Below, one piece after another: positions 36,055 to 44,325 of a stretch of 64,000 nucleotides of DNA. Below the pieces are notes generated by a model. It was not told where the DNA came from and searched no databases. It worked only from the letters and a program-made list of their open reading frames with translations. Origin of the DNA: a virus (taxonomy: Duplodnaviria; Caudoviricetes); IMG/VR virus record IMGVR_UViG_3300014208_000036, positions 1 to 64,000 of that record; one strand, written 5' to 3'. Within the stretch, counting starts at the first letter, position 1; every line of letters begins with the position of its first letter. The translations under genes were made by a program, and so were the position numbers.

Positions 36055-37401
36055 ATGTTCAAGCCACTCGAAAATTGTGATTATCAGTACCACAAGTACC
36101 TGGTAAGCTTCTTGAATGATTGTCCCTTTTATGCGACGCTATCGCAGCACTGTCGGTACGTATTGACCAACGATATTCCTACCGCTGCTGTCGGGTACGA
36201 TGTTGCGAATGATTCCATCACGATGGGACTCAATCCTGAATTCTGCCTTGCGCAGGAAGACTCGCAGATGAAGGGTCTGCTGAAGCATGAGTTCAATCAC
36301 ATCACGTTTGGGCATCTTTCCTCACGTAAACCGAGTGATACGAGCCTGTTCAAGCTCTGGAACATTGCAACTGACTGTGCGAACAACTCTTTGATTGAGG
36401 AGGAAGCAAACAACAGCTCGAACGTGAAGAAGCTTCCTGATTGTGTGATCGTTCCTGGACGTCGTTCGGTGATGTCGAAGGAAAAACTCGACAAGATGAG
36501 TGAGCAGGAACGTGAGGCTCATACGAAGTTTGCTGATATCATCGCTGGGCTTCCGAAGCTCGAAACTTCGGAGTACTACTTCTACAAGATCTACGAAAAA
36601 ATCAAGGATGACCCTTCGTTCGGTGGATTGAACGGTCAGGGAAATTTCGAAATTTCATTCGAACCCGGTGGTGGTGACGGCTCGCTCGACAGCCATGAAT
36701 TTTGGGGAAATATTCCTGAAGAACAGCGAGAATTCATCGAGCAAAAAATCAAGCAGGCTGTGGCCGAAGCTGTGAAGACTGCCGATCGTCAATCCAACGG
36801 TTGGGGTAACATTCCATCGCACGTCGTTGCCGAGATTCGTCGATCGGTGACGCAGACGATCAACTGGAGAACGATTCTTCGACAGTTCGTTGGTTCGATC
36901 TCCCGTGGGGCTCGAACCTCATCGATCAAGAGGATCAATCGACGGTATCCGTACATTCATCCAGGTACGAAGCGTGGTTACCAGACTAAGCTTCTCATCG
37001 CGATCGATCAATCGGGATCGGTTGATGATTCGATGCTCGGAACCTTCTTTGCCGAGCTCGACTCCTTGACGAAAAAGGTCGATGTTTCAATTCTTCCGTT
37101 CGATTGCGAGGCGAGTGAGAGTGAAATCATCGAGTGGAAGAAGGGTTCGAAGCTCGATCTCAAAAGGACGAGAATGGGTGGAACTGATTTCAACGCGCCT
37201 TCGCGGATCTTCAATGATCAGAAGAATAGAAATCGTTGGGATGGAATGCTCATCATGACAGACGGATGCGCCGGAGCCCCCGAGGCCGTACGTAAGAAGA
37301 GAGGTTGGGTCTTGGGTAAGGGTTGTAAGCTTGAATTTCCTTCGTCGGAACTCATCATCAATGTCGGTGACGAAGGCAATATGACCGGTGCCTGGCGCTG
37401 A
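36055..37401 (+). CDS. DUF2201-like metallopeptidase + VWA domain protein (MoxR partner)
   Basis: LLKHEFNHI; AIDQSGS MIDAS; GGTDF; MTDG; promoter GTGCAA-N18-TAAATC-TAGACC-ATG. Confidence 0.9.
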   Translation: MFKPLENCDYQYHKYLVSFLNDCPFYATLSQHCRYVLTNDIPTAAVGYDVANDSITMGLNPEFCLAQEDSQMKGLLKHEFNHITFGHLSSRKPSDTSLFKLWNIATDCANNSLIEEEANNSSNVKKLPDCVIVPGRRSVMSKEKLDKMSEQEREAHTKFADIIAGLPKLETSEYYFYKIYEKIKDDPSFGGLNGQGNFEISFEPGGGDGSLDSHEFWGNIPEEQREFIEQKIKQAVAEAVKTADRQSNGWGNIPSHVVAEIRRSVTQTINWRTILRQFVGSISRGARTSSIKRINRRYPYIHPGTKRGYQTKLLIAIDQSGSVDDSMLGTFFAELDSLTKKVDVSILPFDCEASESEIIEWKKGSKLDLKRTRMGGTDFNAPSRIFNDQKNRNRWDGMLIMTDGCAGAPEAVRKKRGWVLGKGCKLEFPSSELIINVGDEGNMTGAWR

Positions 37402-37646
37402 TGTGGTTTTTGATTCCCATCGTTGTCCTACTTCTGCTCGCTGTATTTAGTCGTAACGGATACCTTGCTGTGATGTTGTTCTTCATCGCGCCTCTCATGG
37501 GATTGCTCTTGGGAGGCGCGGTGTGGGCGGCGGCGGCACTATTTGTTGGTGAACTAATAACGATCACGGCATTTGTATCATTCGTGATTTTTGCAATGGT
37601 CCTTTTTCAGGGTTACGTCATCAAAGAACATCTAGAAAGGGTTTAA
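37401..37646 (+). CDS. Small membrane protein
   Basis: Almost entirely hydrophobic. Confidence 0.7.
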   Translation: MWFLIPIVVLLLLAVFSRNGYLAVMLFFIAPLMGLLLGGAVWAAAALFVGELITITAFVSFVIFAMVLFQGYVIKEHLERV

Positions 37647-37648
37647 TT

Positions 37649-37918
37649 ATGAACGATAATGAACGTCTACGTGACCAGATCATGAGCATCAAGATGAAAT
37701 TGATGATTCCGATTTTTTACATGCTAGCGATCATCGTCGCAATTGTGCTATCGATCTTTGTTGATCCATCGTTGGGTTTGGCGGTTTACATCACGACGTT
37801 GTCACTGTGGGGTTCAGCGCGGATCATCACTGAGTGTGCTGAATCGGTTCTTGTTTTCTTCGCCGTAAAAGAGCTTGAAAAGACTGATCCGCGGCTGAAC
37901 GATAGTAACGATGAGTGA
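37649..37918 (+). CDS. Small membrane protein
   Basis: Two hydrophobic segments. Confidence 0.7.
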   Translation: MNDNERLRDQIMSIKMKLMIPIFYMLAIIVAIVLSIFVDPSLGLAVYITTLSLWGSARIITECAESVLVFFAVKELEKTDPRLNDSNDE

Positions 37919-37939
37919 TGTCTATTTATCGCAGGATAG

Positions 37940-38140
37940 ATGTTTGTTAACGTTGGTGATCTTGTCGTTTTAAAGAACTTCTACACGGGGTTTAGCTTAA
38001 CAACCGATGCTGGGTTCCGTGATTTTACTGCTGATGATGTTGGAATAGTGTTGAAGGTTGGCAGCCTTGATGTGACGATCGTGTCATCAAGGTTAATGTA
38101 CGGATCATTGCCTAAAGCAACATTGAAAAGATTGACCTGA
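37940..38140 (+). CDS. Minimal SH3/KOW-like protein
   Basis: VGDLVVL...VGIVLKV. Confidence 0.65.
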   Translation: MFVNVGDLVVLKNFYTGFSLTTDAGFRDFTADDVGIVLKVGSLDVTIVSSRLMYGSLPKATLKRLT

Positions 38141-38143
38141 ACA

Positions 38144-38530
38144 ATGACAGCACCTCCTTCAACAAAACCTGGTGGAACAGCCCCTTGGTACATGCCTACG
38201 TTGGATGATCTTGATTGGTGTGATGGTTCAACGAGCATCGAACCTGAGCCACCAGCCATCGTTTCGCCCAAGCCCGTTCCAGGTAGCATGAAACTCCTCA
38301 TTGAGGACATGTATGAACCGTTATTTCTTTCCGCAACGTGGTCGATCGTTGTGAAATTAAACGGTCGTGTCGTTGAAAGATCGCTAACACAGGATCAAAC
38401 GCACAAAAAGGCTGATGTTGATTCATATGCAAAATCATACATCTGGTCCAACAAAACATTTCTCCAGGGAATCGGCGTTGATGTTGTTGATGTGTACGTG
38501 AAACACGGTGGAAATGCTAGGGATTTGTAG
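38144..38530 (+). CDS. Hypothetical protein
   Basis: Contiguous ORF. Confidence 0.6.
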   Translation: MTAPPSTKPGGTAPWYMPTLDDLDWCDGSTSIEPEPPAIVSPKPVPGSMKLLIEDMYEPLFLSATWSIVVKLNGRVVERSLTQDQTHKKADVDSYAKSYIWSNKTFLQGIGVDVVDVYVKHGGNARDL

Positions 38531-38577
38531 CTAAAACGACAGGTTAAAAATCAACTGCGTCATGCATACTTATGTGC

Positions 38578-39357
38578 ATGACGCAGTTGTGCATTTCAAC
38601 CCCAGAAAATCATATTTCAGCGGAAGAATTTATTGAAAATGTGAAGGGCAAGGATTTTTTTGAGCGTGAGAAGATTGTTGAGGAGATGTTGCTCAGCGGT
38701 AACGTTCCATCGTGGATGCGAACATTTGTCGATGTTAAATTCACCGTGCCAGGATTCGTTGCAAATTCTGTGGTTCAACGTGAGGTTGTCATAAAAGTGT
38801 TGCCGGATTATCTCACGATCGGGACCGATGAATCACACCTACGATATCCTCTGTCACCGCTTGCCTCACAGAGAATTGCTGATGCATGGAATTGTCTCCT
38901 ACCCACAACTAAATTGGTCACTCTCGTGTGGCACGCGGGGGCAAAGGTTGCCCCTCACCCGTGGGGCCCGCCTTATGATGCATCCATGCACTCGCTCGAT
39001 AGGTTTGTTGCACATAACAAATTGGTCGATGATGACCTTGCTAAGCATGATATTTTGCCAGGGATGTTCGTCGTTGGTCACAAAAAGGATGTCGTGATCA
39101 CAAACAGGCTTGTTTCAAGGCCGAAGCAGGTCGCAATATTCGGTTGGCATCAATTGAATGGAAAGGCGATTCAACCATTAAGTCTCATCCATGAAAACAC
39201 GTATGCTGATTACAGTCACGGAACAAGATTGATATCACAAATATGCACCATCGATGGCATTGAATTCAAGCTAGACGAACTTCTTTGCGATAAAACATGG
39301 GGGAAACAATTTTCCGACGAGGGTCAAATGAAGACCGTCCGTCAACCGGGCGTTTGA
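38578..39357 (+). CDS. Conserved enzyme-like protein of unknown function
   Basis: PDYL.IG, GHKKDVV, IFGWH, HENTYADYSHG.RLI; ATACTTA-N5-ATG. Confidence 0.7.
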   Translation: MTQLCISTPENHISAEEFIENVKGKDFFEREKIVEEMLLSGNVPSWMRTFVDVKFTVPGFVANSVVQREVVIKVLPDYLTIGTDESHLRYPLSPLASQRIADAWNCLLPTTKLVTLVWHAGAKVAPHPWGPPYDASMHSLDRFVAHNKLVDDDLAKHDILPGMFVVGHKKDVVITNRLVSRPKQVAIFGWHQLNGKAIQPLSLIHENTYADYSHGTRLISQICTIDGIEFKLDELLCDKTWGKQFSDEGQMKTVRQPGV

Positions 39358-39431
39358 TTCAAAGCACGTACGTTAATCATAACATTTACCAGGACGACAA
39401 CTTCATACGTTACCATATATAGATTATACAC

Positions 39432-40229
39432 GTGGGACTGCGTAACAAAGTAAATAAAGATGGATTTATTTCAAAGGAGATACCTGGTATTGAATCCAAA
39501 TTTTACATAGATGAACAAGTCCACATAAACCATCTAGCACCGGAAAGCGGAAATCAGTCAATTTCCGTGAATTCTGATGGTGCCCTTATCGCAGAAGAGA
39601 GCACAACGTTCACATCATTGTCTAGCTCTTTTACGCTTGTTTCAAGTTCATTTATTGCGCTATCTAGCTCTTTTTTGTTGCTTTCATCTAGCGTTGATGA
39701 CATCAATGAAATGCCGCAGGTTGTCCACACTGTTAGCGGTTCATTGTCGTGGGGAGTTGCAAACATTCTTACAGGTTCAGCTTCCGCAATGTCAATCCCA
39801 CTTGTTTCAGCGGGACCCGGAAGATGGCTTGAAGTTATAAACACGATGGTTGATACGACGGCAATCCTCACCCGAAGTGGATCTGATATCGTCGTTAATG
39901 GCACAACGGGGACAACATATAATCTACCCGCAGGCGCGGCCGTCGTGATCCGGGCCGCCGCGACCGGGACGAACGTCTACATCGAGCACGGCGGCAGCGG
40001 CGGTGGCGCAGCGGTCGCGAGCACGGCCTACGCAGCATCGGTCACGCTATCGATAGCGGCGTCTCGCGCACATGACATCGGGCTTCTTACGGGAGATATC
40101 TCGATCGATGCGTCCGGGCTCGCGAGCTCCGACGCACTCGTTACCGTCCGTGTGCAGAACGACGGGGGTAGACGCGTTTCTTGGGCGTCGAAGTTCGTGT
40201 TTCAGCCCGGAGACGAGGAGGCCGCGTAG
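39432..40229 (+). CDS. Tail-fibre-like protein, chimeric with the GC-rich island
   Basis: Ser/Thr/Gly-rich; composition switch near 39930; TAG is followed by in-frame continuation. Confidence 0.65.
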   Translation: MGLRNKVNKDGFISKEIPGIESKFYIDEQVHINHLAPESGNQSISVNSDGALIAEESTTFTSLSSSFTLVSSSFIALSSSFLLLSSSVDDINEMPQVVHTVSGSLSWGVANILTGSASAMSIPLVSAGPGRWLEVINTMVDTTAILTRSGSDIVVNGTTGTTYNLPAGAAVVIRAAATGTNVYIEHGGSGGGAAVASTAYAASVTLSIAASRAHDIGLLTGDISIDASGLASSDALVTVRVQNDGGRRVSWASKFVFQPGDEEAA

Positions 40230-40232
40230 GGC

Positions 40233-41618
40233 GTGTACGACGTTACCACGTGGACATTCCGCGACAACGGGACCACGCTCGAGTGTGTCTCTAGGCAAGT
40301 TCGATCGGCGATGACACCAGCCGATGCAACGGGCGCGGCCGTGTGGCTATCGGCGCGCACGCAGGTATCGGTTTCGTCATGGGAGGACCAGGTCGGGGCT
40401 AACGACGCTGCGCAGGCTACGGCCGGCAATCAGCCCACGTCGACGACCTACCACGGCTCGCCGTGCCTCACGTTCGACGGATCTAACGACTACATGTCCA
40501 ACCCGGTCAGCATGGCGGACGGGGCGAAGTGGCTAGCCGTGTCGTTCAAGCTGAACGCTGTACCTGGCGCGTCGTCGTTCAAGAGCCTCGTTCGCATGCT
40601 TGGGAGTTCAGGCAAATTCGTTGAATTGCTGGCAATGAACTTCGGCGGATACAAGTCGCTCTCGTTCCTTGCTGATTTCTCGGCGGCGGGCGGGTCTGCC
40701 GTTGGCGTGGACCTCCCGCTGGACCTGGCCCCTCATGTCGTGATTGTGCAGTATCTCGGCGGCACGAACACGAACCCAGATCAATACCATCTTTGGGTTG
40801 ATGGCACATGGAGAACGCCTCGGGCTAGCTCTACGATCAACGCAGAGGCGAGCGCCATCGGTGCCATTGGCGGGCGCGCCACGAGCGTGCCGGCCACGAG
40901 TTCCAACGCGTCAGTGTCGATGTTCGACGTCAGCGCCGGACTCGGCACGCTCACGCATCGCGACGCGGATAGGATCGCCGCGCAACTACTGCGAGGACAG
41001 GGCCGCAGATCCACACTCGGCCCGCAGATCGTGTGTGACGGCAACAGCCTTACATACGGGTTCGGCGCGGGCTACCTGGATGCCAGCGGGTATCTGAACG
41101 GCTACCCATACCAACTCGCAACGACGAAGCTTGGCGGCGAGTCTCGATGGAACCTGGTGAACCTCGGGGTTAACGGCCAGACTACGGCGCAAATGGTAAC
41201 GGACTTCGACTCTCAGGTCGCCCCCCTTTACAATCCGCTCCGACCTCGCAACGTGCTCGTGTGCTGGGAGATCGGGAACCACATATACGGAGGGGCTACG
41301 GCGGACGACGCAATGGGCTCCGTCATCGACTATTGCGAGCGCGGGCGCAGGACTGGCTTCGAGGTACTCGTCGCCAACTGTTCCGCGCGTAGCGATATTA
41401 CGGCAGGTGTCGAGACCATTCGGACCACCGTCAATACGTACCTCTCCGCCACGTGGTCGTCGTTCGCGGATGGGCTAATCGACTTCGATGGGGATGCTCG
41501 ATTGGTGACGCCATTGACCGATGGTGTGCATTTCGACGCGACTCAATATGGGTATGTGGCCGAGGACGTGCACACTGTGCTCGCTCGCATGCTCGGGAAA
41601 GCATACGTGCCGGCATGA
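40233..41618 (+). CDS. LamG/ConA-like lectin domain + SGNH(GDSL) hydrolase
   Basis: GDSL-like DGNSLT, NLGVNG, EIGNH, DGVH; LTFDGSNDYM...WHVV-type lectin segment. Confidence 0.8.
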   Translation: MYDVTTWTFRDNGTTLECVSRQVRSAMTPADATGAAVWLSARTQVSVSSWEDQVGANDAAQATAGNQPTSTTYHGSPCLTFDGSNDYMSNPVSMADGAKWLAVSFKLNAVPGASSFKSLVRMLGSSGKFVELLAMNFGGYKSLSFLADFSAAGGSAVGVDLPLDLAPHVVIVQYLGGTNTNPDQYHLWVDGTWRTPRASSTINAEASAIGAIGGRATSVPATSSNASVSMFDVSAGLGTLTHRDADRIAAQLLRGQGRRSTLGPQIVCDGNSLTYGFGAGYLDASGYLNGYPYQLATTKLGGESRWNLVNLGVNGQTTAQMVTDFDSQVAPLYNPLRPRNVLVCWEIGNHIYGGATADDAMGSVIDYCERGRRTGFEVLVANCSARSDITAGVETIRTTVNTYLSATWSSFADGLIDFDGDARLVTPLTDGVHFDATQYGYVAEDVHTVLARMLGKAYVPA

Positions 41619-41707
41619 CCCAGCGCCAGCCCCCGCAGCTCATCGGCCTCGGCCCTGACTCGACTCCATGTAGTAACTACAAATATGTTTAAACAAGAGA
41701 ACATTTT

Positions 41708-41737
41708 GTGTACACTATTCTCTTGACGTGGTATACT
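41708..41737 (+). promoter_or_regulatory. Promoter for tRNA cluster 2
   Basis: GTGTAC-N18-TATACT. Confidence 0.65.
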
Positions 41738-41747
41738 TGTATTATCT

Positions 41748-41820
41748 GGTCCCATCGTCTAGTGGCTTAGGACTTTTCGTTCTCAGCGAAAAAACGTGAG
41801 TTCGACTCTCATTGGGATCA
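41748..41820 (+). tRNA. tRNA-Glu(CTC)
   Basis: Loop TTCTCAG. Confidence 0.9.
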
Positions 41821-42009
41821 CTTTTAAACGAGTTTCAACAATGAAAATGTTCATAACAGGCACAGAAAAGTTCGGACGCTCTGAAGAGCGCGTCGTAGGA
41901 CTTACATGCCTGCCAAGTTCATTAACGTTGCCGTTTAGAAGGCCACGTCCCCATAGAGGGTGAAAGTGGCGAGCCGGAAAGAGACATCCGGTGGAAATAA
42001 GAAGATAAC

Positions 42010-42621
42010 GTGGAATGTGAATCTTGTCATCAAGGGCATAATGCTAATTACGGTAGCGGGCGTTTCTGTAATGTTAGATGTGCTCGATCGTTTTCAACAA
42101 AGTCAAAACGAAAGGAAATAAATGAACGTGTTAGCAAGACTTTGACTAAAGCCAATGTTAACATAAAATTATGTCTTGAATGCTTAAATGAATTTCAAGC
42201 TCGTAGGAATCAACGTTGTTGTAGTATGAGTTGTTCTAGAAAATATCGTTATCGAGATGTCGAAAAACGACAAGTTCTGATAGAACAGCTTTTAAAAGTT
42301 CGGAAACCATGGAAATCTCGTAAAGCTCTAACACCGTCATTTCCAGAGCAATGCATCATGCAATGGCTCGATGAGTTAAATTTCACATATGAACGTGAAA
42401 TGCCATTTCAGAAATGGTTTATCGATTTTGTAATACACGATAAAAAAATCGCAATAGAAGTTGATGGTAGACAACACGGTTATCCAGAACAGCAAAGACG
42501 TGATCGAGAAAAAGATGAAGCATTAATTAAAGATGGTTGGCAAGTAATTCGAATTAGTTGGAAACGATTAACAAAACAATCACGTTTAAATATCATTAAC
42601 ATACTTCGGGCTATAGCGTAA
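42010..42621 (+). CDS. Zn-finger + DUF559/Vsr-like endonuclease
   Basis: CESC...FCNVRC; FIDFV...IAIEVDG.QH...D..KD..L...GW.VIRI. Confidence 0.85.
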   Translation: MECESCHQGHNANYGSGRFCNVRCARSFSTKSKRKEINERVSKTLTKANVNIKLCLECLNEFQARRNQRCCSMSCSRKYRYRDVEKRQVLIEQLLKVRKPWKSRKALTPSFPEQCIMQWLDELNFTYEREMPFQKWFIDFVIHDKKIAIEVDGRQHGYPEQQRRDREKDEALIKDGWQVIRISWKRLTKQSRLNIINILRAIA

Positions 42622-42679
42622 CCTGGTAGCGCGCGTACTTTGGGCGTACGTGGTTTCAGTTCAAATCTGAATAGCCCGA
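42607..42679 (+). tRNA. tRNA-Pro(TGG)
   Basis: Loop TTTGGGC; overlaps the stop of the upstream ORF. Confidence 0.9.
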
Positions 42680-42729
42680 CGAATCGCAGGGAGAAATTCC
42701 TGTTTGTTCCTTGAAAATCTACGTTCTTT

Positions 42730-42802
42730 CGATGGGTAGTTTAGCGGCAAAAACACCTGCATGACTCGCAGGTGATCGTGGGTTCGAGTCCCACCCTATC
42801 GA
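42730..42802 (+). tRNA. tRNA-Val(GAC), atypical loop
   Basis: CCTGC-ATGACTC-GCAGG. Confidence 0.8.
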
Positions 42803-42803
42803 C

Positions 42804-42875
42804 CGGCGATTAGCTCAGTGGTAGAGCACTGCGTTTACACCGCGGGTGTCAGGGGTTCAAGTCCCTTATCGCCGA
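42804..42875 (+). tRNA. tRNA-Val(TAC)
   Basis: Canonical. Confidence 0.95.
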
Positions 42876-42880
42876 CGAAT

Positions 42881-42957
42881 GCCAACGATGCTCGTAAGGA
42901 CAGAGTTCTTGCCCCGTAAGCAAGATTGAGCGAGTTCGAATCTCGTCGTTGGCTCCA
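42881..42957 (+). tRNA. tRNA-Thr(CGT), C33
   Basis: Loop CCCGTAA; CCA. Confidence 0.85.
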
Positions 42958-43036
42958 GACCTGTCGGGCGGGTGCAGCCGCAGGTGCTTCACAAGAGAAT
43001 CATATCGATCTGATCAACCAACTACTGTACCTTCAA

Positions 43037-43110
43037 CGGGGAATATTTCAATTTGGCTAGAATACGTGCTCCGGAAGCATGTGATATCGGTTCAAATCCG
43101 GTTTCCCCGA
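43037..43110 (+). tRNA. tRNA-Pro(CGG), C33/A37
   Basis: Loop TCCGGAA. Confidence 0.85.
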
Positions 43111-43140
43111 CCGACAAGCACTTAAGGTGATTGTTATAAT

Positions 43141-43215
43141 CTAGGATTACGTTAGCGGCTAAACTCCGGGCTCTGGAAGCCTGTGACGGTGGTTCGAGTC
43201 CACCATCCTAGACCA
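43141..43215 (+). tRNA. tRNA-Pro(TGG), C33/A37
   Basis: Loop TCTGGAA; CCA. Confidence 0.85.
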
Positions 43216-43228
43216 ATTCGCTAGAAAT

Positions 43229-43300
43229 CCCGTGTTAACTGAGATGGATTAGTGGCCGTCTGAAGAGCGGCATAGGTTGGTTCGATACCAACACACGGGG
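43229..43300 (+). tRNA. tRNA-Phe(GAA)
   Basis: Loop CTGAAGA. Confidence 0.85.
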
Positions 43301-43304
43301 CAAC

Positions 43305-43376
43305 GTCGAGGAACGCAAATGATGCGCGGAACGTCTGCAAAACGTTTGTTAGCGGGTTCAAATCCTGCCCTCGACT
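43305..43376 (+). tRNA. tRNA-Cys(GCA)
   Basis: Loop CTGCAAA; U73. Confidence 0.9.
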
Positions 43377-43392
43377 CAATCCACGAGTAAAC

Positions 43393-43476
43393 AAGATCAT
43401 GGCGGAATAGGCATACGCTGTCCATTTAAACTGGACTGTGCGCAAGCATGTGTTGGTTCGAATCCAACTGATAGAG
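43393..43476 (+). tRNA. tRNA-Leu(TAA) with weak (4-bp) acceptor, possible pseudogene
   Basis: Loop TTTAAAC; long V-arm. Confidence 0.6.
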
Positions 43477-43488
43477 TTGAAAGTTGAT

Positions 43489-43561
43489 GCCGGTTGGGTA
43501 TGCGTGGGAAAACACGATCCTGGTACGATCGAAATGACGGGTTCGACACCCGTAACCGGCT
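43489..43561 (+). tRNA. tRNA-Thr(GGT)
   Basis: Loop CTGGTAC. Confidence 0.9.
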
Positions 43562-43619
43562 CAAGGTGTAAAAGACGTTCATCCAATGGTAGTATTTGTT
43601 ACATCCTGGACATGAGACG

Positions 43620-44081
43620 ATGACGAAAAAACTTAATATTTCTGATGAAGAATTTTTGCAATTTGCACATCAAGCTAGATCATTATCAGATCTAATTCGT
43701 TTGTTATCACTTAACACAGGAGGTGGTACGTATAGACGAGTTTTGTCACGTATGCTTCAATTGGGAATTGATGTGCGTAATCGTGGATCAAAAGGTGCTA
43801 CTCGTGACTTTTCACGAACTGTCTTTCAAACCAAAGACATCCTTGAAGGAAAACATCCTCAGTTTCAAACTAACCATCTCAAACAACGTCTATTAAAAGA
43901 AAGAGTCATAGAAAATAAGTGTGACTTGTGTCAGTTGGGCGCTGTTTGGAATGGCGTTAAACTCGTTTTAGAGCTTGATCATGTCGATGGTAATAGACAT
44001 AATCACAAAAGAGATAATTTGAGGTTGTTGTGCCCGAATTGTCATAGTCAGACAAAAACGTACAAAAACAAGACACGGTAA
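43620..44081 (+). CDS. HNH homing endonuclease
   Basis: CDLC...LELDHVDGNRHN...NLRLLCPNCHSQT; promoter at 43566. Confidence 0.9.
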   Translation: MTKKLNISDEEFLQFAHQARSLSDLIRLLSLNTGGGTYRRVLSRMLQLGIDVRNRGSKGATRDFSRTVFQTKDILEGKHPQFQTNHLKQRLLKERVIENKCDLCQLGAVWNGVKLVLELDHVDGNRHNHKRDNLRLLCPNCHSQTKTYKNKTR

Positions 44082-44085
44082 ACAT

Positions 44086-44167
44086 GGCCCTCTGATGGAA
44101 TGGCAGACATAGTGCACTTAAAATGCGCGGCCTAACAAGCATACGAGTTCGAATCTCGTGGGGGCTA
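44086..44167 (+). tRNA. tRNA-Leu(TAA)
   Basis: Loop CTTAAAA; long V-arm. Confidence 0.9.
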
Positions 44168-44203
44168 CTAAGTGATGTTCAATAGTCTTAAACATGATTT
44201 AAT

Positions 44204-44286
44204 GCTGGTGTCGCATAGTGGCAGTGCAGCAGCCTTGTAAGCTGCCGAGGTAACACTCATCGGGGGTTCGATTCCCTTCACCAGCT
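44204..44286 (+). tRNA. tRNA-Thr(TGT) with long variable arm
   Basis: Loop CTTGTAA; V-arm GAG-GTAACA-CTC. Confidence 0.8.
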
Positions 44287-44325
44287 CAAAATTGTACATT
44301 CACATTCATCAGTTTAAGATGACGC

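Noticed and set aside
41855-41900. Hammerhead ribozyme (CTGAAGA and GAAA present)
   Set aside because: Stems I and III cannot form with the required order and spacing; better explained as a tRNA-Phe remnant.
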